Shown: positions 33,177 through 42,382 of the stretch, in pieces
Layout: each line of letters starts with the position of its first letter
How positions within the stretch are numbered: position 1 is the first letter of the stretch
The notes under the pieces: model-generated
What the model was told of the DNA's origin: nothing
The model's database searches: none
The model's input: the letters and a program-made list of their open reading frames with translations, nothing else
Made by a program: the position numbers and the translations under genes
Source: a virus
Length of the DNA stretch: 64,000 nt
Reading direction: 5' to 3' (one strand)
IMG/VR virus record: IMGVR_UViG_3300035670_000079
Coordinates: 1 to 64,000 of that record

Positions 33177-34430
33177 ATGCCAGCAAGCTATGACACACCT
33201 AAAGGTATCCGCGAGTTAGCGGGAATTATGAGTTCACCGGGAGTTACTACCCATGTTGCCGGTAAAGTTATTAGCAATCTAGCTAAGGCGGGAGACCTTG
33301 CCACTAAGAGTGGAGACCTCGCTGCCGTGTCCGGTAAACCGGTAATCAATAGTTTTACTGAGCTTAACCGTGAGTTGCGAGAGCTTACGGCTGCTTCCGA
33401 TAACGCCTCAGGTAAGTTACAGGAACTTTTGAATACCGACAATCCTGAGATTACCTGCAATCCTGAGATTACCTGTGACGATTTTAGTGAAGCGGTTGAG
33501 GGCGCCGCTAAGCCGATATTTGACGTAACTCCGTTTGATGAACTAGTATTTCAGGTTCGCAGGGAGCATGCAGGTAAGCGACCTCCGGGAATTACGCTTG
33601 CCGTTACTGAGCGTGATCCTGATATAGGCGGATCATTAGATTCATTCTTTGTCGTAGATTCTACCAATAATTTCAGTTTTAAGTTCTCGGAAATGCAGTC
33701 CGGAATAACGCTACACTTGGCGGATTACGCCGATGAGGCATTGATTTCTAAGATGTTACCCAATACTCACCCAATTTCACAGATTCCTCTCAATGGCCGG
33801 GCTTTTTACGGTGAGTGCCAGAATCACTGGATTAGTGCCGTATTTCGGATGCCTAATATACCTAATAGGGTACCGGGTATTCTACTATCTCCTAGTCGGC
33901 TTGATCATCTAGAAACTAGAGTTCGGGACATGCGGTACGCTATGGACCGCAACTACGATTACTCTGCCCCAATGGACGGGTGGTTATATGACTTTAGGAC
34001 ACTTTCTGACCATATCATAGGTGTAATGGAGCGTGTTGTAAACAAAGTTCACCCTGACTATGGACATATAATGGGTGTAATATATATTGCAAATAGGTTG
34101 ATACAGTCTTATAGGTCTGTGTGTAAACTCTGCCGTGACTATGGGGTTATAGCAATTAATGCCGGAGATATAGACGAGCTGGTGGTGCGGATTAAGTCAC
34201 TGTTACCCAAGTATGAATCTATTCGTGCTAATATACATAGCACTGCTCGCGGAGAGTTACTGCAAAAGCTAAATAAGCGCATAAAAAATGCCGGTTATAA
34301 CGCACGTTTTATAGATACCGATGAGATGCAGATAACGTCCAGAGGTGATCGCCAACTTGACTTAGGTAGAATCACATTTAAGCACGAATATGATAATATA
34401 TTTACCATTAAATACACCTCTCGCATCTAG
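33177..34430 (+). CDS. hypothetical protein (417 aa)
   Basis: Track ORF. Confidence 0.65.
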   Translation: MPASYDTPKGIRELAGIMSSPGVTTHVAGKVISNLAKAGDLATKSGDLAAVSGKPVINSFTELNRELRELTAASDNASGKLQELLNTDNPEITCNPEITCDDFSEAVEGAAKPIFDVTPFDELVFQVRREHAGKRPPGITLAVTERDPDIGGSLDSFFVVDSTNNFSFKFSEMQSGITLHLADYADEALISKMLPNTHPISQIPLNGRAFYGECQNHWISAVFRMPNIPNRVPGILLSPSRLDHLETRVRDMRYAMDRNYDYSAPMDGWLYDFRTLSDHIIGVMERVVNKVHPDYGHIMGVIYIANRLIQSYRSVCKLCRDYGVIAINAGDIDELVVRIKSLLPKYESIRANIHSTARGELLQKLNKRIKNAGYNARFIDTDEMQITSRGDRQLDLGRITFKHEYDNIFTIKYTSRI

Positions 34431-34436
34431 GAGCAC

Positions 34437-35324
34437 ATGATGGGCGACGACAAGATCCTTGAATATGCTTCCATTGATGCAGATTATGAGGATGTAATCT
34501 ACAAAACTTTAGAATCTGCTATATTCAATTCAGGGAAGTCTCCCCCTATATTAGAAAGCGTTCCTAAGCATATACTTTTTGGTCACACAGGTCATCCGAT
34601 AATCGGCAATACCTTACCGCAGGATACAGATAATGCCGAGGAATCTGATGCTATGGAAATTTTCGGTGACAGTGATGAGGGCGTGCCGCTAAAGGTGGAT
34701 GACCCACTTAATAATCGGTTGCCGCGACTTGTCGAGCCTCCAACTAAGCTGACATATCGGGATATTATTGAACCTGTGATATGCGACCCCTATGAGCGCT
34801 GTACAATAAGTGGCGAATTTATGCAAAAAATTTATACACAACTACGCATCCTTCTCGATGAGTCCCCTGAACCTCTGTTAGGGAGATACAGAAGTGATAC
34901 GAGTTTCTACGTAGAGAGATATAGTGTTCCGGGCATGTCCTTTTACTACGCTGCGGTATTGCAAGCACTTGCAGATACGCTATCTCACAAGGCCCACTAC
35001 TTTAATGGGATAGCCCCAAGAGTGGGTACGTTGGTTAAAGATAGGTTTTACAGATTTTGTGAAATTACTCTAGTGAATGGCCATAACAGGACTCTTGGGG
35101 TATTCCGTGTAAGTGTTGAACCAATTGGGCCTGCGCCACTGCCAGCCGGTGTTTACACCGTAATACATAACAACGCTAATAGGATTGAGAATATTGTTGG
35201 GTTAGCTCTGCCTATACTTAAGTATCAATTTACTCCTATATTTGTACCGGTTGAGTATTCCGTGGCGGCAATCCACGACGAGGTTAAAACTACACTGGAA
35301 GGTATTAAATACAGTGTCAATTGA
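34437..35324 (+). CDS. hypothetical protein (295 aa)
   Basis: Track ORF preceded by aggagcac. Confidence 0.65.
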   Translation: MMGDDKILEYASIDADYEDVIYKTLESAIFNSGKSPPILESVPKHILFGHTGHPIIGNTLPQDTDNAEESDAMEIFGDSDEGVPLKVDDPLNNRLPRLVEPPTKLTYRDIIEPVICDPYERCTISGEFMQKIYTQLRILLDESPEPLLGRYRSDTSFYVERYSVPGMSFYYAAVLQALADTLSHKAHYFNGIAPRVGTLVKDRFYRFCEITLVNGHNRTLGVFRVSVEPIGPAPLPAGVYTVIHNNANRIENIVGLALPILKYQFTPIFVPVEYSVAAIHDEVKTTLEGIKYSVN

Positions 35325-36036
35325 AGAAAGCTTCTCTAATCCTTCCGTAGGTGCCCCTATACTGGAATCAGTGGAAGACTTACTAGGTAAGCTCCCTGTA
35401 ATATTCCCCATGTTCCAGCGTCCGACTACGCCGACCTACGTATTAAAGGGGTGTCTGTATAGTGGCAGGACCATCTCCTGTGATCCGCATAGTAGGTCTA
35501 CCACTGAGGAAGATATTAGCGTGTATAATTTCTTTGTAAACGAGTATAGGCACGCTGTAGAAGAGGCCTTAAGACTAGCCTCGCGCCACCATAACACGTC
35601 TGTAATGGAGGTTGCCGCTGGGGTATTCCTCCGGACTATTGAAGGTTGCTATCTTGCTACTTATGATGCTAGTGTGTGGGAGCCGCTCAAGACTCTTACA
35701 TTTTGGACTATGTCGGAATTTATTCGGAACAGATTCTTGGATGTATTCACACAGCATGCCAACACTAGTGGACATCTCAAGCTACACGGTACTTTCCTAG
35801 CCCCCAATATGTACGGGTTACCAATGATTAAAATTGGGTACTATCACCCAGCAGTGGCCTCTAATGGTAATTGTGTCGATTTCTTGGGTAATCTCTATTT
35901 AAATTTCGTGACACGGGGTAGGCCCGTAACTGTTAAATTAGCTGGGCATGGTGATAGTATTGAGGTGGAGTCTGTACAGCTACCTTACATGATGCGCGGA
36001 CAATTTGAAATGCATCCAGAGGCTAGGGGAGTGTAA
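35314..36036 (+). CDS. hypothetical protein
   Basis: Track ORF 35242..36036. The start is uncertain: GTG 35314 overlaps the upstream stop, and ATG 35410 is an alternative. Confidence 0.5.
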   Translation: MSIEESFSNPSVGAPILESVEDLLGKLPVIFPMFQRPTTPTYVLKGCLYSGRTISCDPHSRSTTEEDISVYNFFVNEYRHAVEEALRLASRHHNTSVMEVAAGVFLRTIEGCYLATYDASVWEPLKTLTFWTMSEFIRNRFLDVFTQHANTSGHLKLHGTFLAPNMYGLPMIKIGYYHPAVASNGNCVDFLGNLYLNFVTRGRPVTVKLAGHGDSIEVESVQLPYMMRGQFEMHPEARGV

Positions 36037-36040
36037 GATT

Positions 36041-36613
36041 ATGCCAGATGGTCAGAAGCTGCTAGACGGTCTTTCAGGATACCACTCGCTGTATACAGAC
36101 GGTTCCCTAAATACTGCCCGCAATGCCGGCGGTTATGCAGTAATTGCCCTAGTTAATAGGGGTGGAATAAATTATCCTGAAGTGCTTACCGTAGGTGCTA
36201 TAGCAGGAGCCACTAATAACATAGTAGAACTAGCCGGTATAGGTGAAGCTATGCTATTCTCACCTACATTGATATACAGTGACTCACGCTACGCGATTGG
36301 TACGCTAGCGGAGTGGTCAGATAAGTGGCGAGCTAATGGATGGGCACGCAGTGCTGGCCCGATAGCAAATCTAGCTATTGTAAAAACATTGAATCACGTG
36401 TATAATACACTTCAAACCCATAGCAACTTGCCGACGTTGTTACACGTCAAAGGTCATGCCGGAAATATTGGTAATGAAGCTGCTGACAGTGAATCTCGTA
36501 ATTTCATTGATAGGGCAGATTCAATTCCCAGTATTTCTGCATGGCTAGAGGGCTATAGGCAACGTGCCACACTGGTATTGCAGAGTCTTGGAAGTACTGC
36601 ACCAATCCCGTGA
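36041..36613 (+). CDS. rnh: ribonuclease HI
   Basis: Motifs LYTDGS..GGYAV, NNIVELAGIGEA, SDSRYAIGTL..W...W and VKGHAGNIGNEAAD. Confidence 0.85.
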   Translation: MPDGQKLLDGLSGYHSLYTDGSLNTARNAGGYAVIALVNRGGINYPEVLTVGAIAGATNNIVELAGIGEAMLFSPTLIYSDSRYAIGTLAEWSDKWRANGWARSAGPIANLAIVKTLNHVYNTLQTHSNLPTLLHVKGHAGNIGNEAADSESRNFIDRADSIPSISAWLEGYRQRATLVLQSLGSTAPIP

Positions 36614-36636
36614 CACTCAAAGGATTGACATAAAAC

Positions 36637-37449
36637 ATGTCTTCTGAACTTTCAGATACTCCCGCTACGTGTAGTAATCCTGAGACTAGTGTTAACCTAT
36701 CTAGCGTACCCGTTAAAGCTAATAGCTTGATGGTTAGCAAGTATGTTACAGTTAATAAAATTCCAGATGGGGTTATAGTAACTCCTAGCCTATTCGCCGA
36801 GGTTATGCGTCACCTATCGGAGAAGCGTCACCCGTATTACTACTCACGAGATTTACAGGACTCCGTTACCGTGGCAGAAGCTATTTCAAAGAGTGCATTC
36901 CCACTAGTTGTTTTCGCGTACTCCTCAAAGCCTGCTGAGGAGCTAGAGCCGCTATTTAAGTTAATGCAAGAAATGATGCTCACTGACTTCGGTGAGTATG
37001 GTCTTACCGTATTTGTGGCAACAGGCAACCTTAGCTGTGTTACGCTGCATGAGCTGGGTTTACCCGCTAAGTATGATGTTGCGTTTACATCGGCTTCGTT
37101 TGCCTCGCAGGATGCAAGCGCTTGCAAGCTTCAAATCACGGCAAGCTTGCTGCGTAATCTTTATCCTGATAGCTGGGTAGCAGGTTGTATTGACTTAGAC
37201 TTAATGACACCTGAATCCTTTAAGGCAGTACTGAAAACGGCTAAGTCACTATTCTTCTCTGTGGCTATAACAAATACGACTATACGAAGCTCTGTGAAGT
37301 ATGTGAAAAATACTGTCAATTACGCCAATATAAAATGGCAACTCTATAAGTTGGATTGTGCTGTATTTGCAAGTGCTGACATGTGGTTAGATGGTCTGTC
37401 TGCTGTGAAAGATAATCTAATGCTTGAGCATCATCCTTTAACCCAGTGA
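36637..37449 (+). CDS. hypothetical protein
   Basis: Track ORF. Confidence 0.6.
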   Translation: MSSELSDTPATCSNPETSVNLSSVPVKANSLMVSKYVTVNKIPDGVIVTPSLFAEVMRHLSEKRHPYYYSRDLQDSVTVAEAISKSAFPLVVFAYSSKPAEELEPLFKLMQEMMLTDFGEYGLTVFVATGNLSCVTLHELGLPAKYDVAFTSASFASQDASACKLQITASLLRNLYPDSWVAGCIDLDLMTPESFKAVLKTAKSLFFSVAITNTTIRSSVKYVKNTVNYANIKWQLYKLDCAVFASADMWLDGLSAVKDNLMLEHHPLTQ

Positions 37450-37456
37450 GGTAATC

Positions 37457-37600
37457 ATGATAAAGTATTTGGCGATAGTGAGTTTTATTTTAGTCGTTGT
37501 GGCAATACTGCGAATGCGCCTGTTACGTAAACGCTGCAAGTATATGGTCTGGAAAACTGACTCACAACCCCTTCAGAAAAGAACCGGAAATGCCAGTTAA
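37457..37600 (+). CDS. possible 47-aa membrane peptide
   Basis: MIKYLAIVSFILVVVAILRMRLLRKR..., with ATG 5 nt after gaggt. It overlaps the thyX start. Confidence 0.3.
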   Translation: MIKYLAIVSFILVVVAILRMRLLRKRCKYMVWKTDSQPLQKRTGNAS

Positions 37601-38537
37601 AGTCACTGCTGCAAATTTTAGCGTTGAAGTTATCGCTGACACCGTAAATTTAGGACATCGGATTAGTTCAGTGGTTTTGACTTACCCTAGAATTATCCTT
37701 GCTGAGCTTAATACTCATCGTGTTTTTAGTCGTAATTCTGCAAGTAGCCGTGCGATTCCTACTAGGATTATGCTTGAAACCATTAAGAATAGTCCATTTG
37801 TACCTATTAAGATACCTGTACCCGCTCCGGGTATGGCGACTACTAAGTTTATGGAAGATCCTTCAGAAATACTGCGACAACATCAGAAACATCTTGAGTA
37901 TACGCTGGCGTTTGTGCAAGAATGTCTTGATAAGGGTATGCCTAAGAGTCTGGCTAATAGATATCTTGAACCTTTTATGATGGTATCTACCATTGTCACT
38001 GCTACGGAGTGGGCTAACTTTCTCCGCTTGCGTCGGCATAAGGATGCTGAGACTCATTTTACACTGCTTGCGGAGATGACGTTCAGGGCTTTTAGGGCTA
38101 GTACTCCTCGACTCGGCGTAATCCATGCGCCTTTTGCGCTACCGGATGAGTTAGAAGACTTAGAAAGTTGTTATGATAATCCTGCTAAACTGCTGGAGTC
38201 GGCTGCTATGAAGTCTGTAGTAGCCCGCGCAGCGCGCGTGTCCTATTTGAATCACGGTACACCTAAATCTGACGAAGCCGCTATGTTCGATAAGCTTGTC
38301 AGTGGTTCCGGTTTCGGGCACTGGTCGCCACACGAGCACATGGCAATATCTCCTACGCACATGCCATCACATGCCACTAAGTATAACGGCGGTAATTTTG
38401 ATTGGTGGCTGCAACTTCGGCAATTCTTTAATGGTGAGAATCTGCCCGGTCACGTTGATGAGTATCTTGATGCTATGCCGAATGCGTCTGTACCGGAGAC
38501 TATCGCAGATATTCCCATTACGGTTACACTGACATGA
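37590..38537 (+). CDS. thyX: flavin-dependent thymidylate synthase ThyX
   Basis: The ThyX signature (R/T)HRxxSxxxxSxR appears as THRVFSRNSASSR. ATG 37590 is in frame with track ORF 37497..38537. Confidence 0.9.
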   Translation: MPVKVTAANFSVEVIADTVNLGHRISSVVLTYPRIILAELNTHRVFSRNSASSRAIPTRIMLETIKNSPFVPIKIPVPAPGMATTKFMEDPSEILRQHQKHLEYTLAFVQECLDKGMPKSLANRYLEPFMMVSTIVTATEWANFLRLRRHKDAETHFTLLAEMTFRAFRASTPRLGVIHAPFALPDELEDLESCYDNPAKLLESAAMKSVVARAARVSYLNHGTPKSDEAAMFDKLVSGSGFGHWSPHEHMAISPTHMPSHATKYNGGNFDWWLQLRQFFNGENLPGHVDEYLDAMPNASVPETIADIPITVTLT

Positions 38538-38818
38538 GCGTAGATTTCGCAGGTATAGTAGAGTCATTTGAGGAGTGTGGTGTAACTGTGGTTAACCTTA
38601 ATAAAGACTTGACTAGCTTAACTAATGCGGAGTTGCAGGCTAAGTTAGGGCAAGTTGATAGCGATATGCGCCAAGCGGGTAGCTTCTCGGCGTTAAATGG
38701 TTCGGCCAAGGCATTTGAGTCCGTGGCCTTAGGTGAGCCTCATCCGGGTACTGGAGGTATTGCACAGTTAGTTCAGCAACGCTCGAAAATAGTGCCGGCA
38801 TTGATGAAATCCGATTAG
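38534..38818 (+). CDS. hypothetical protein
   Basis: Track ORF with an ATGA overlap with thyX. Confidence 0.55.
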   Translation: MSVDFAGIVESFEECGVTVVNLNKDLTSLTNAELQAKLGQVDSDMRQAGSFSALNGSAKAFESVALGEPHPGTGGIAQLVQQRSKIVPALMKSD

Positions 38819-38843
38819 TCGGCAAGAGAGCGTCAATAAACCC

Positions 38844-38872
38844 TTGACAAGCCCGTTAGTGGACGCTACACT
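38844..38872 (+). promoter_or_regulatory. sigma70-type promoter TTGACA-N17-TACACT with TTAGTGGA in the spacer
   Basis: Sequence is ttgaca agcccgttagtggacgc tacact. The architecture matches the promoter at 11112. Confidence 0.6.
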
Positions 38873-38952
38873 ACGTGGTCGGTGTTCGTTTTCCGGAGGT
38901 GCCATGACGGCGACTTTTATGGCGGTAGTTGGCAGCTTAGTGGAGCTTAGCA

Positions 38953-39324
38953 ATGAGTCCTAAACCGGTGGGACCGCCTAGAAAATTCCTAGATTATATA
39001 CAGTGGAAAGTTAGACGTATGCATACTAGGCCGGGCGTAACCTTGCCCTGCATGGATTGTCGCGGCTACGGTGTAGTATATGATCCTAATGACCCTCCAG
39101 ATGTTTACGAAGGTAATAAGAATAGACGTAAGATTGGTTGCAATTCTTGCAAGGGTACGGGCCATGCTAAGTTGCAGGATTATCGCGAAAGCTATCGACA
39201 GGATTGGGCTACTTATAGCCAGAGACTTAAAGAATACAACAACACTAAAAAACTTATTGCTAGTATTAAGCGTAAGCTTAATAAAGAGGAGCAGCTATAT
39301 CTGCGAGGTAACTTTTTGAGGTAG
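38953..39324 (+). CDS. zinc-finger protein with two CxxCxGxG motifs (DnaJ cysteine-rich-domain-like)
   Basis: Motifs CMDCRGYG and CNSCKGTG. Confidence 0.6.
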   Translation: MSPKPVGPPRKFLDYIQWKVRRMHTRPGVTLPCMDCRGYGVVYDPNDPPDVYEGNKNRRKIGCNSCKGTGHAKLQDYRESYRQDWATYSQRLKEYNNTKKLIASIKRKLNKEEQLYLRGNFLR

Positions 39325-39345
39325 ACCTGAGGAGATTTGTTTCAG

Positions 39346-39840
39346 ATGAGCGGACCCAAGACAATACTGGGAGATTACTTTAATTTGAATGATAGGATAT
39401 ACTTTGTACCGTCACTTGCAGATATTGAAAAACGCAAACTATTAATTCGTGCGGATGGTAAGGTATACTCCCCCAGGAATTGGCATAGAGGTTTGCCGCT
39501 ATCCTTGGATTTAGTACCTGAGTCCGAAGGTGCCACTAATGTAGTAGATGCCATGTATTATGGGTACATGGCAGATAAGACTACTAAGTTTGAGGCTGGT
39601 GCTGATCAAGTTCGCACGGGCAAAGTATTTGTAATACGATTAAACTTAACTGACATTATGGGTATGACTTATGATGCCTTTTGCAGTTACCTAGTCTCGA
39701 TATTCACTGATCCTAGTATCTGGAAGCAAGTAACTTGTCAGTGGGTTATAGTAGGTTTCGAGGCACCTTACACTGTGATGATTAAAGGTAAGCTCATCCC
39801 TAAGGATAAGCTCATCCCTAAGGAGCGGGTTCAAAAATGA
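39346..39840 (+). CDS. hypothetical protein
   Basis: Track ORF 39337..39840. The first ATG is at 39346. Confidence 0.55.
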   Translation: MSGPKTILGDYFNLNDRIYFVPSLADIEKRKLLIRADGKVYSPRNWHRGLPLSLDLVPESEGATNVVDAMYYGYMADKTTKFEAGADQVRTGKVFVIRLNLTDIMGMTYDAFCSYLVSIFTDPSIWKQVTCQWVIVGFEAPYTVMIKGKLIPKDKLIPKERVQK

Positions 39841-40181
39841 GACCAGCGTGGCTAACTGACTTCAATGCATTTAAAGCGCTGGTTGTCGGCGTTTTATGTA
39901 GGTTGGATTTAACCGAGGAAATGCTAGAAGATGCCTTCACTGGTCTTACAGTACCTCAAGCTAACTTCAATTATGATGGTTGGAACGACTGGAATACTGA
40001 AAGTGTCTGGATTAGCTGGTTGAAGAATAGGTTGCCAGCATTTCAACCTGTTGCACCTGCGCGTGAGCCTATTCCTTATGCTACCGATGGGTGTAAGGTT
40101 AGACGTAGTGAAGTAGCCGAAATTCAATCACACTTGTGTCGCACAATAGGTCAACGCACTAAGCTTGGAATGGGCCATTGA
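39837..40181 (+). CDS. hypothetical protein
   Basis: Track ORF with an ATGA overlap with the upstream gene. Confidence 0.55.
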   Translation: MRPAWLTDFNAFKALVVGVLCRLDLTEEMLEDAFTGLTVPQANFNYDGWNDWNTESVWISWLKNRLPAFQPVAPAREPIPYATDGCKVRRSEVAEIQSHLCRTIGQRTKLGMGH

Positions 40182-40786
40182 TTACTGATCCTAAGTTGCC
40201 TAGAAATTTTGTAATTGTTGACCTAGAGTTCGCAGACTACACTGTAGCAGTGCGTACTACTGGTAGCTTACCGTGTCCACTGCAAATTGGTGCCACTCAC
40301 GTCGCCTTTGACGGGGCATTCGAGGTAGTGTCGGAATACTCCACTAACATAATTCCGCATGATGCCTCGCATGTAACTGAGGCGATACAAAACTTCCTTG
40401 AGTTAGACTTGCAAGACTTGCAACGAACTGGTAAACCTCTATCTGAAGTTTTGACGGAGTTTAAGGCTTTTCAAGGTCATAAGCCACTGTGGTCATTCAC
40501 TGCGATAGATGCCCTGATTTTACACTACTGGTATCAAAAATGCAGTATGACTTCCTTACATCTGGCTAACCATACGGATGTTGCCTCATACGCACAAGCT
40601 CTAGGTAATTACCCAACTGCCCCTAGTTTGAATGCGCTGTGTAAGTCACTGGGAATTGAAGTTAGGCCGGGGCATCACGCATTAACACACGTTAAGCTGG
40701 TTGTGAGAGTGTTGGAAGTTCTGCTGGGGCTTGATACTATTGAGGAAAAGCCTAGTTCAGATTCCTTTAAGTTGTTTGAGTTTTGA
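40178..40786 (+). CDS. DEDD-type 3'-5' exonuclease
   Basis: Exo I FVIVDLEF, Exo II-like FTAIDALIL, and Exo III-like GHHALTHV. Confidence 0.6.
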   Translation: MITDPKLPRNFVIVDLEFADYTVAVRTTGSLPCPLQIGATHVAFDGAFEVVSEYSTNIIPHDASHVTEAIQNFLELDLQDLQRTGKPLSEVLTEFKAFQGHKPLWSFTAIDALILHYWYQKCSMTSLHLANHTDVASYAQALGNYPTAPSLNALCKSLGIEVRPGHHALTHVKLVVRVLEVLLGLDTIEEKPSSDSFKLFEF

Positions 40787-40816
40787 TTGTTGAGACAACC
40801 TGCATTTGAGGTCACA

Positions 40817-41383
40817 ATGATTCAAGCGGCAGCAATTATGCCAGACGATTTGGAACAAGGCGTACCCTACCACGACGACATACGTGTTAGGGCTTACCTA
40901 TCTTCTCTGAGTAAGGAAGAACGTATTGCGTGGCATTCCGCTAGGGTGGAACGCGAGCAGCGGCCGCAGGATATTGTAGATACCGTTACTATGAATACTG
41001 TAATTGATGAGGAGCTTATAAAAAATTATCACGCCACTAAAGCTGAGTTGCGATTAGCTAGTAAAGTTAAAGCTTTTCGGCAACGTCCGGAGGTGGCAAT
41101 AGTAATAAATAGGGTAAACGTACTAATGACGGAGATAAGACGACTAGCTAATCAAAGAGTTGAATTATTCTTCAAAGGTAATAGAAAAGATGCCGCAGTT
41201 AAACTACGACAAGAGGACGCCTACATTGAGGGTATACTTGAGTTAGAGTGTCAGCTTGAGAGATATGCGGAAGGTTTAAAATTTCCGCCGGAGATATTTA
41301 AAATTGCCCATAAAATTCTCGAAGAAACTCGCGGAGCTGTTACTAAGGCATTTGCCGTGGAAGTTACTGGAAGTCCATTCTGA
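40817..41383 (+). CDS. hypothetical protein
   Basis: ATG 40817 follows gaggt. It is in frame with track ORF 40787..41383. Confidence 0.55.
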   Translation: MIQAAAIMPDDLEQGVPYHDDIRVRAYLSSLSKEERIAWHSARVEREQRPQDIVDTVTMNTVIDEELIKNYHATKAELRLASKVKAFRQRPEVAIVINRVNVLMTEIRRLANQRVELFFKGNRKDAAVKLRQEDAYIEGILELECQLERYAEGLKFPPEIFKIAHKILEETRGAVTKAFAVEVTGSPF

Positions 41384-41393
41384 AGGGTGTTCG

Positions 41394-41876
41394 ATGATTA
41401 CGACTTGTACAACTGGAGGTAGTTGCGGTGTTCCCGCAGGTGAGCCGGATAGGCTTGGCCAGCTAGTCCTTGCAGGCTTAACCATAGGTGAGTTGTTGGA
41501 TAAGCTCAGTATCGCTAGAATTAAGTTTAAGGGATGCCCAAGTGAGGTAAGCGAGAATAGGCATACGCAGTTAACTGCACTTGTTCAGGCTGTGTTTAAT
41601 ACGCAGGGTATGGTTACACCAATCCAAGCGCCGACATCTATTGGTGCAGTGGGTTGCGATATACTGGAGCGTATTAATGAGGCGTTGTATATGCTGGAGA
41701 ATGCTGTTAGGTCTGAAGAGGCTGTCGGATTAGCGGAGTATCGGCAAATCACTGTTTTAAATGATTTACGTCATGCTGTTAAGCGTGCTATTGATAAAGC
41801 TGTAGGCCAATCTGAGTATACCGATACTAAGCAATACGGTGCTAGTGTTAGTCCAGTTCCCGCAGTGCGAAGGTAA
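41394..41876 (+). CDS. hypothetical protein
   Basis: Internal ATG 41394 of track ORF 41304..41876, located just after the upstream stop. Confidence 0.55.
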   Translation: MITTCTTGGSCGVPAGEPDRLGQLVLAGLTIGELLDKLSIARIKFKGCPSEVSENRHTQLTALVQAVFNTQGMVTPIQAPTSIGAVGCDILERINEALYMLENAVRSEEAVGLAEYRQITVLNDLRHAVKRAIDKAVGQSEYTDTKQYGASVSPVPAVRR

Positions 41877-41881
41877 ATCCA

Positions 41882-42382
41882 GTGGCTGGCAACGTCCCAA
41901 TGACGCAAGTTCAAGGTAGTGTGACGCTCTACTCCACTAAAGCGTGGGGCGATGATTTTCGCACTATCTTCTCATTGCCATTCTCGCCTTATTATGAGAG
42001 TGACGATGCTAAGAATGCCTCACTATGCTTAGCCGCTGAGCGTGCTAGGGCACTTCTCAAGGAATTTGGTGTAGTTTATTACAGGGATGAGTTTAACGCT
42101 AATAACGGCATAATTATACCATCCCCCGATGTGCCGGCTATGAAAGATATGACTGAGTATGATTCAGTTAATTTCCCATTAGAGGAACCACTAACACTGT
42201 ATAGGTATGTAGGTATCTGTAAGTACCCGAAAGTTGAAATCTGCATTATGCCTAGAAACAATGCTCGCAGTAAGCGGCCGGGTAAGCAAGCTGCTGTTTA
42301 CAAAGACTTGGCTAGGTGGCTTATTTGGAAGCAGCCGGTTCAAGTTGTTAGCATCTCTCCCACTATTGTTAGGACTATCTAA
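41882..42382 (+). CDS. hypothetical protein
   Basis: Track ORF with a GTG start. An alternative ATG is at 41900. Confidence 0.5.
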   Translation: MAGNVPMTQVQGSVTLYSTKAWGDDFRTIFSLPFSPYYESDDAKNASLCLAAERARALLKEFGVVYYRDEFNANNGIIIPSPDVPAMKDMTEYDSVNFPLEEPLTLYRYVGICKYPKVEICIMPRNNARSKRPGKQAAVYKDLARWLIWKQPVQVVSISPTIVRTI

